Origin: an uncultured Christensenella sp.
GTDB lineage: Bacteria; Bacillota; Clostridia; Christensenellales; UBA1242
Length of the DNA: 61,769 nucleotides
NCBI GenBank assembly: GCA_949294455.1
Contig: CASFHD010000004.1
Span: 1 to 61,769, forward strand
Reading direction: 5' to 3'
Position numbers and translations under genes: made by a program. Positions 51,501 through 60,500 of this stretch are shown one piece after another. Below the pieces are notes generated by a model. It ran no database searches. It saw nothing but the letters and a program-made list of their open reading frames with translations, and was not told the origin of the DNA. How positions within the stretch are numbered: position 1 is the first letter of the stretch; every line of letters starts with the position of its first letter.

Positions 51501-54500
51501 ATGGAGGTGTTTCTTACTTTGCAGATGATTATGCTTATGGTAGCAGTATAAATCCTTATATAGTTAGAGATGTTGAAGAATTTAATACTTATATTGCTTT
51601 TGATAATGAAACTTCTGCTACTAGTAAATTCTTTAATGGATATATTAGACTTGTCGATGACATAGATTTCACTGGTCTTGATATGGAAACAAGGACTGAA
51701 ATGGATATGCAGGGCGTAATTGATGGTAATGGTATGACTCTATCAGGACTATATATTGGCCCTACACAAACTAGTCAATCTAGTATAGGCTTATTCTCTA
51801 CTATTACAAATGGTGTTGTGAAAAATTTGAACATAGAGTTTGACACAATTGAAGAAGCAAGGGGTTCTAGTTATGTAGGTGGACTTGCAGGTATAATTGA
51901 TGATTCAATTATATTAAATGTTACACTGAGTGGCGAAAACAAAATGCTTACAGGGGATAACTTTGTAGGCGGTCTTGCAGGTTTAGTAAGAGGGGAAAGT
52001 GTATTATTTAACATTTCTTCTAATTTAAGTGTAAAAGCAACAGTTAGAAACTTGGAAAATTATATAAGAAGTGGTGAAAATAATTTTGCTTATGAATATT
52101 TGAATGAAGAAGATTTTAATTATCAAAATTTTGGCTTTAGTTATAGCGGCTATAATACTTACAATGAATATCTTCGAAACTTAAGTTATGCAGGCGGTAT
52201 TGCAGGAGTGCTTGATTTAGACGAAAGTCCATTAAATGAAAATGCTAAACGATTACAAGTTTATGGCAATGTTCAAATTGTGGGCGTCAATGCAGGTGGT
52301 ATTGCAGGCTACACATCTATTGATACAAGTATTAAAAAGGGCTATGTTGAATTAAGTAATGGAAGTTTTGTATTGGGTGTTTATTCTTCTGGTGGTATTG
52401 CAGGAATTAATTATGGCGATATTTATCAGAGTAAAGTTCAGTACTCGGATAATGATAACTTTAGAGAAAGAATTCGAGAATATGAACAAAATCCATCTGA
52501 ATCAAATATTGAAATTTCTAATCAACGAATCGTTGAAAACGCTTACTATCAAGACCAAGTTAGAATTGGCAGTTCGAGTTATTATTCTTTGTTATTGGGT
52601 TCAGTCTATGTAGGTGGTGTTGCTGGTATTAATTTTGCAGGAGAAATTTACAATACATTATCTTCCGTTGTCGTTTATACAGATAGTGAATATTTATCTG
52701 GTTTTGTGGGACTAAATATTGGTGGTAAATTCAATTATGTTTATTCTAATTCTTTAGTTAAGTTGACTGAAAGTAATAGTTTTATGGGCGGAATGTTTGC
52801 GTATATAATGTCCGCTTCTAATAAAAAAATAAATATTGAAAATGGCTCATATTATTCAAATAGTATGAAAGCGTTGGAAGTCTATAACAAATTCTATAAA
52901 AATGTTGATGGAAATGATGATTTATCTGTAGATTTGTATTCAGTTGTTTCTGGTATTGCATATGATAATAAATTGATTTCTTTATTTAATTCTAATCAGT
53001 CAAAATCATACAAAAATTTATTTGTGGGATATATTGATGAAAATGTAGTGTTTGTAAATGATTCTGTTAATAGTTCAACTGATTTAGATACAAATACTTT
53101 CGTAACTGTTTATTATAAGGCTGAACAAAATGTTATAACAAATATTAGTTCGGTTTATAATTTCAATACTTATGATTCAAATCTTTTAAATACTAAAACG
53201 GATAGGTCTAGTGAACAAAAAGCTTTGTTTAGAAGAATGTTCGGGAATTGGCCTATTGAGTATTGGGATATTAATAATCAATCAAAAGAAATTTATTTCC
53301 CACCACTATTAGATAAGTCAATTAATAATTATTATGAAATTTCTAGTTCAGAAGATATGGGATTAATTGGCCTATATCCTGATGCTAACTTTGTAGTAAC
53401 TAACGATATAACTATTTCGGCATACAATTATGTTGCAGATGTCGTGTTTACAGGTAGCATTGTAGGGGTGGAAATTGAAGATGCTTCAGGTGTAAAGAGA
53501 TTACCAAAAATCACTATTGATTTGTCTCTTTCTAACTTTAATGGTGCAAAATCTATTACAGGTGCAGGTTTCTTTAAGCAAACTGAAAACGCTATAATTA
53601 GAAATTTAGATATTGAGTACATTATAAAAGAAGTTAATTCTAATCAGGAATTGCGTCAGTATTTTGGTGGTATCTCATCTATGGATATCGGTTCTAGTTT
53701 TGAAAATCTTTATGTGTCTTTTGAATTTGCTAGCGGAAATTCAGAAATTACGAATGTTAGTTTTGAACAATTCGGTGGATTAATTGCAAATTCAACTGAT
53801 TCGTTTATAACAAGTTGCGTTGTAAATATAGGAAGTAACGAAAACATTCAAGAAATTGATTTTATAAAGGCTGGTAATAATAAAAACGCAAGTTTTGGCG
53901 GTATTGTTGGACACGCAGATAGTTCAATAAAATTAGATGAAAACAATGAAAATTACGATTATGTAATTTTGTCAACTCAAGCAAATTTATATATTGATTT
54001 GCATATTGATGCTATAAATTCGTATGTGGGTGGCGTAGTTGGCGATATAAATAACAAAGTTTATTTGTCAAGCGCTACTGCTTCTGGTAAATTAAATGTT
54101 TATTCAGTTGACAACACTAATTCAAATCAAATTTCAATAGGTGGAATAATCGGATATGCTAAAAATGTTGTGTTTGATAATATTTATATATCGAATTTAA
54201 ACATTTCATTAAATATTAATTCTAATAAGAGTTCTCAATTTGACAAATCTATTGTGGTTGGCGGTATTGTTGGCGAAGCATTAAATATGCAAGGAGAAAA
54301 TTCTTACTCTAAAAATTCTACAATTACAAATAAGGTGTCATCTAATAATTCATATATTTACGGTGGTTTGATAGGAAAAATATCAGCTCAATCTTCACTT
54401 AAAAATTCTGTATCAAATATTGAAATTATTGACGAGTATTCTAAATATCTGACGGCGGGTGGTATCACAGGAAGCAATTCTACTGAAGTGGAATATTTAA

Positions 54501-57500
54501 ATGTATTCAGCAATACTTTGATGTCTTTAAAAACTGTTGATACTGTAGAAGATAGTTTGAACATATTAGTCGGTGGATTAATAGGTAATGTTTTAGGAAA
54601 TACTACTATATCAGATTCAATATCTGCAGGTAGAATAAACCTTGAAACGAACTCTTATCAAAATGTTGGTAAAATCAGTGTTGGTGGAATCATTGGCGTA
54701 ATTGAAAATGGTAAAATTTTAGTAACACGAACTATTACTATTTCAGTAATCTCAACATCTCAAATATCAAAAACTTATAAACAAGTTGATGCAGTCGATG
54801 TGTTTGTTCTAAATCAAGATGCTGTAATAGGTGAAAATTTAACTTCTGATTATAATATTGAAGTTTATTATTCAAGTGATTATACTTTATGCGATTCAAA
54901 TATAGGTTCTAACTATTCTGTAGATGCGCTTTTAAGCAAACAATTTGTTGCATCGTTAGAAGGGTTTACAAACAATTATGTAGGCAATGAAATAGTAAGT
55001 ATTCCTTATATGTCAAGCATTAAAAACTACCTTGTTTTGTCTGATGTTATGAATGAAGAAGGATTATTTGATTTGGGTAGTGCTATGCGTCCTATATCTA
55101 TAAATAATCAAAATAGAACAAATGCAATAACAGATAGTGGCTTTAATTATTATTATTTAAAAGAAAATCTAGACGATAAATTTAATTGTACATTTGCGTT
55201 TGAAGGAATTATTTTAGGTAACAATAAAACTATAAATATTACAAACTTTAATCTATTTAATGGATATATGGCATTAATTCCAGAAATCAGTAATAATAGT
55301 GCAATCTCAAACATTACATTGACTCTAAATAATGACATATCTTTAACACAAAAAACAGGACTATTAGTTGGCGTAAATAATGGTAATATATACTCTTGTT
55401 CAGTTGATTTTGATGGTATTAGTTTAACAAGCGGAAGTGAAACAGCATTTGTAGTGCATACTAATAATGGAAACATTTCTAATAGTTATTCTAGTGCAGA
55501 ATTAAAATCTGGTGTTGGTGCAACCTCTGGTTTTGTTTACTTAAATAACAATGTAATACAAAATTCATATTTCAACGGATATATAGGTGCATTAAATAGT
55601 TCAGGATTTATATTTGATAATGGTGAAAATTCATATCTTGAAAATTGTTATAGTGCAGGTGTAGTTCAAGGCTTAAAACAATTCGGAAATATTGCAGAAG
55701 TTAACACAGTTTGGAAAAATGTTTATTTTGATAAATACGCTACGAATTCATTATCAGAAGAAAACAATACTATTAACATAAAAGGTGTATATTCAGTAAA
55801 TTTAATTACATTAAACAACATTGATTTGGGTGATGAATTTACTGCAAACATTGTTGAAAATACTTCTGATGGGAAATTTAACAACACTTATACTATTAAA
55901 AATTTCGGTTTGAATTTCGGTTATCCTACAATTATAACCACTCAATACATTTTAAAATTAGATGATGAAACAAATAGTTTAAAAATTGTTGAAAACACTT
56001 ACTTTGGAGGAATTGAATCAGTTGTTGTAAAAAATGAGACAATTGATGAAAATGAATCAACTATCATAACAGTTTTAATTAATCATTTGGGAACACTTGA
56101 TAGCGTTAGAATGTATGAAAATAGTGGCAATTTTGCAAATGCTTTCACATACTTAAATACTAAATATGAAATCAATTCAAATAGGTCTATTAAATACAAT
56201 ATAATTTATGATATTTCAGCGACTAGTGATGTGGGCGGATTAAGTGGAAATTGGTTATCACTTGGATTAGAAAATTTGAAAACAGATGCTGGAAATATAA
56301 ATTATAAAGATTATGCATTTAGTTCAAATAATTTCAATTTCACAAAAGATTTGTCAGGCTTTAAATATAGAAAAATCTCTAATGAAATTTCTGCAATTTA
56401 CAATTTATCAGGACAAAGTTTATTCAACAGCATTTCGAATTCAAAAATTAGCAATATTAACTTTGGTGGGACTTCTAACTTTAGTACAGATGCTGGGCTC
56501 ATTGCTACAAATATGATAAGTTCTAGTGAAATTTATAACATTAAAGTTTTAAACAACGCTAGAATTAATTCATCACAAGCAGTTGGTGGTAATTTGGGTG
56601 GACTTGTAGGCAATATGTCAAATGGCTTAATTTATGACATAACCTATTTATCAAATGTAACTATAAGTGCAACTAATGGTTATATAGGTGCTATTGTTGG
56701 TTATATGTCTGGTGGTAATATAGGCAAAGTTGAGGCAAATACTATCTTATCATCAATAAGAATCGAAGATTTGAAATTTGACAATAATCAAAACACTTTA
56801 CACGGCGGTATAGTTGGTTATTTAGAAGATGGCAACATATATTTAGCAGATGATATAAATAAAACTAAAATCAATATAACTGCTGGTAGCAATGTTGGTG
56901 GAATAGCGGGTATTGCAAAAGTTCAAGGCGTCAAAAATGAGTATAGAGATGATGGCAGTTGGTTTGGGTTTAAAATTGAAAATGAATCTATCATTACAAT
57001 CCAAGGTACAGACTCGTTAGGCGGACTTTATGCAAAGGTTGAAGAATTAACTTTCACAAGTAATGTATCAATTAATGCTACATTAAATGGAGTTAGCAAT
57101 GTTGGTGGTATTGTAGGCCGTATTGAAGATAATTCATCAATGACTACCTCTTCAAACATTACAGTTGAATTTACAGGAAGCATAGGATTAAATGGATTTG
57201 CTTCTACATTTAGGGCTAATTTTGGTGGCATTGTAGGTTTACTATCAAATTCAAATTTATCTGCTGGTGAAAGCGGTGCTTTTGTAAACAATGGTAGTGT
57301 TGGTAATCAATATGAATATACATTAGTAAATATCGGCGGTATTGTAGGTCAAGCTAACGGAAGTTCTTCAGTTACAAATGTAACAAATAAAGGTAATATT
57401 TATGGTTTATACAATGTTGGTGGTATTATAGGATTATCAACAGGTGAAGAAAGTGCAAACATCAATGTAGAAATCACCAATGCTATAAATGAAGGCAATG

Positions 57501-60500
57501 TTTATGGCAATTTAGGTTTTACAGACTCTGGAGAAGAAATTGTTTTTGCAACAAATATTGGTGGTATAGTAGGTAGGGCTTACAAATCAATTTTTGTTGA
57601 CACTCAAATGAAAGGTAGAGTTGAATTACTGACAGAATTTAATGGTATCAATACATTAAAATCGGTAAAAAATAATTTTGTTGTCAACAATGCAATATCT
57701 AAACAACTCAATTCAGAATTAGAATCAGGTATCGGTGGTTTTGCAGGTAGTTTGTCAGATGTTCAATTTAGTGAAAATAATTCGATTTTGGGTGAAATTG
57801 ATGCAAGAAATGGTGTAAATGTAGGTGCTATTGCAGGTTATGTTTACGATTTATCAACAAGCATACCTACTATAAATACTATAAATGTAAGTGGTTCGTA
57901 TTATATTGGTGGTTATTTTGGTAAAATTGGCGAAGGAATTAATTTAGAATTAATGACCTTTAGTGGTTCAATTAATATAATGACAACAAATTATTCGGCA
58001 AACTATGTCGGCGGTATAATTGGTTATAGCAAGGTAGATATTTCTGGCTTATATATTGATGACACAACTTCAGGACAAATCAACATATTTAACAAAAATG
58101 TTTCGTATGCTGGAGGTCTAATCGGTTGCTTAGAAGACGCTAATATGGTCAATTTAATTGTAACTGATGATGATGGTCATTATTTGACTACTATTAATAA
58201 TGGTTATGCTGTAAACAAGGTGATTTTTGCAGATTCAGACAACTTAAATTATGGCGGACTTGTTGGTGTATTAAGGCAAACAGATGAAAATATAAATAGT
58301 TTAACTATAGAAGGTGAACATTACTCACAATTTACTGTTGATACAATTGAAGTAACTGGTATTAAAACTACATCTTCTTCAATGAGTTCTAAACAAACTG
58401 ATAATAATTTCATTTTGTCAGCAACTGCTAACTATACATTAAATACAGAGTTCAAAATATCTAATTCTAGCAACTTTACAGAAGATGTTATTAATGGTGG
58501 AAATCCATTCTACAATGGTAAAAATTGGTCAAGTGATTATACTAAATTTAGAAGAATGCAAAGGATTATAGATGATGAAGCGAACGATATTTATTCGCTT
58601 GAAGAAGTATTTAATTTTGAATCAGTCTATGATTATGATGGAACAAATACCACATTAATTTTAGATAGATATAATGCCGACTATATTGGTCAAACTGGCG
58701 ATAGGCAAGATTTAATTAAATATTCAGGTAAAATTTATTCGACCGAAAATATTTCTGAAAAACCTAATACTAGAAATATTTGGTATTATATAAAGGATAG
58801 TTTTAAAAAGTTTGCTAATTCAACTCTTACTGATGTAGATAGAATTAATAATTATACTAATACAGGTAAAGCAAGTTTAATCAATGATTATCTAAATCAA
58901 AATTCATCAATGTCTGGCGTTTTGTCTGCATTAAATTCTAGACAAATTGCATACGACAGTAGCGGTAGAATTCTTGCAACTACTGATAACTATATTGTCC
59001 TAAATGATGCAGAAGGAAATAATTTAGTTTACTATTTCTATTCTACTAGTGAACCTACAGATTTCGGTGAAAATGAAGGAAATTACATTTTAAGAAATGG
59101 TGTATATTACATTTATTCTGGTGCATATATATCAGACGAAAATTCATCTGAATCTAACTTTGTTTCAAATGTTCCTACTGTAAATAGCAGCAATATGCAT
59201 GAACTTTATTATGATGAAAATAAAGTTGTTTATGTTTACGAATTTAGTGAAGACTTTAAAGATTTTGTTTCAGATGACCCAGATGATCAAATTCAAGTTA
59301 ATTCTTATTATACTTTAGACTTGTCAGATGAAAATCAATCAGCATTTGAAGTACAAACATATTGGCAGTATATGGGCGTTTCTAATGAATTCGACTCACT
59401 TGAAACTGCGTTAAATTCTGTTCCAATTTATAAGACTTTATACAATGGTTTATCAGAAAATGAAAAGTTGTATGTTGAAGGGAAAATATTTACATCTAAA
59501 GTATTCTATAGATATTCAGATTCTATAAATAACACAAGACCTTCAAGACAAGTAACTGAAAATATTTATAAAGATTACAATAGTTATCTTGATGGCGAAG
59601 AACCAATTTCTACTTCTACAACTGCACAATATTTGACAACAAGTGATTATTATAAATTGGGTAATTATTATTACATTTACAACAAAACTGATTTAGTTGA
59701 ACAGTATAATAGTTATGAAGAATTGTCAAATGGAAATTATAAAGTAACAACTTATAATTCAGCGACTGAAGGACTAAATAAATATAAATTGTGGTTTGCT
59801 TCTGTTGATAGGTATGGAAAGTTATATAATCAAGATAATGATAGTGCAATAAATATCACCAATCAAATTTTACTGCAATATTTATTTACAGATGAGAGTT
59901 CAAATTATAATTTACCAACAATAAAAATAAATCAATATGTAGGACACGTTCATAATGGTTACGTAGTTGGTGCTCAAAGAACGCCTGTTTTAAAAGATGG
60001 CTATTCAGGTATTTATAGTTATTCAAAGAAAAGCAATAATGGTTTTGTTCAAGTTACACCTGTTGACGACTATGAATATGAACCAATAATTACTTTTGTT
60101 GAAAAATTGGATTATTTAAAATATGGCGAGGGTGAATCACAAATATATACATTGTATTTTGAAACAAGTTCTACCTTTATAAAATATGTTAACAATTCTG
60201 ATATGCTAATTGAAAAGAATGATAGTAAAATAAACACTTATATTAGTGCAACAACTAATGGTACTGATTTGACAATATTCGATGGAAATGGAAATGAAAA
60301 TGTTATAACATTCTATAGGGGTACAGGCATAAATGGTGCTGACCAGTACTCTTTAAATAACTCTTCGGTTATAAACGATATAACAGATAATTTTGTTCAA
60401 CAATATTCAAATTATTATTGCATAAATGATGGTAAAACAATTCCTTTTGTAAGTTCAGACGAAACTGTTTTGACTTTTATTAAAATTTCAGGAAATCGTG

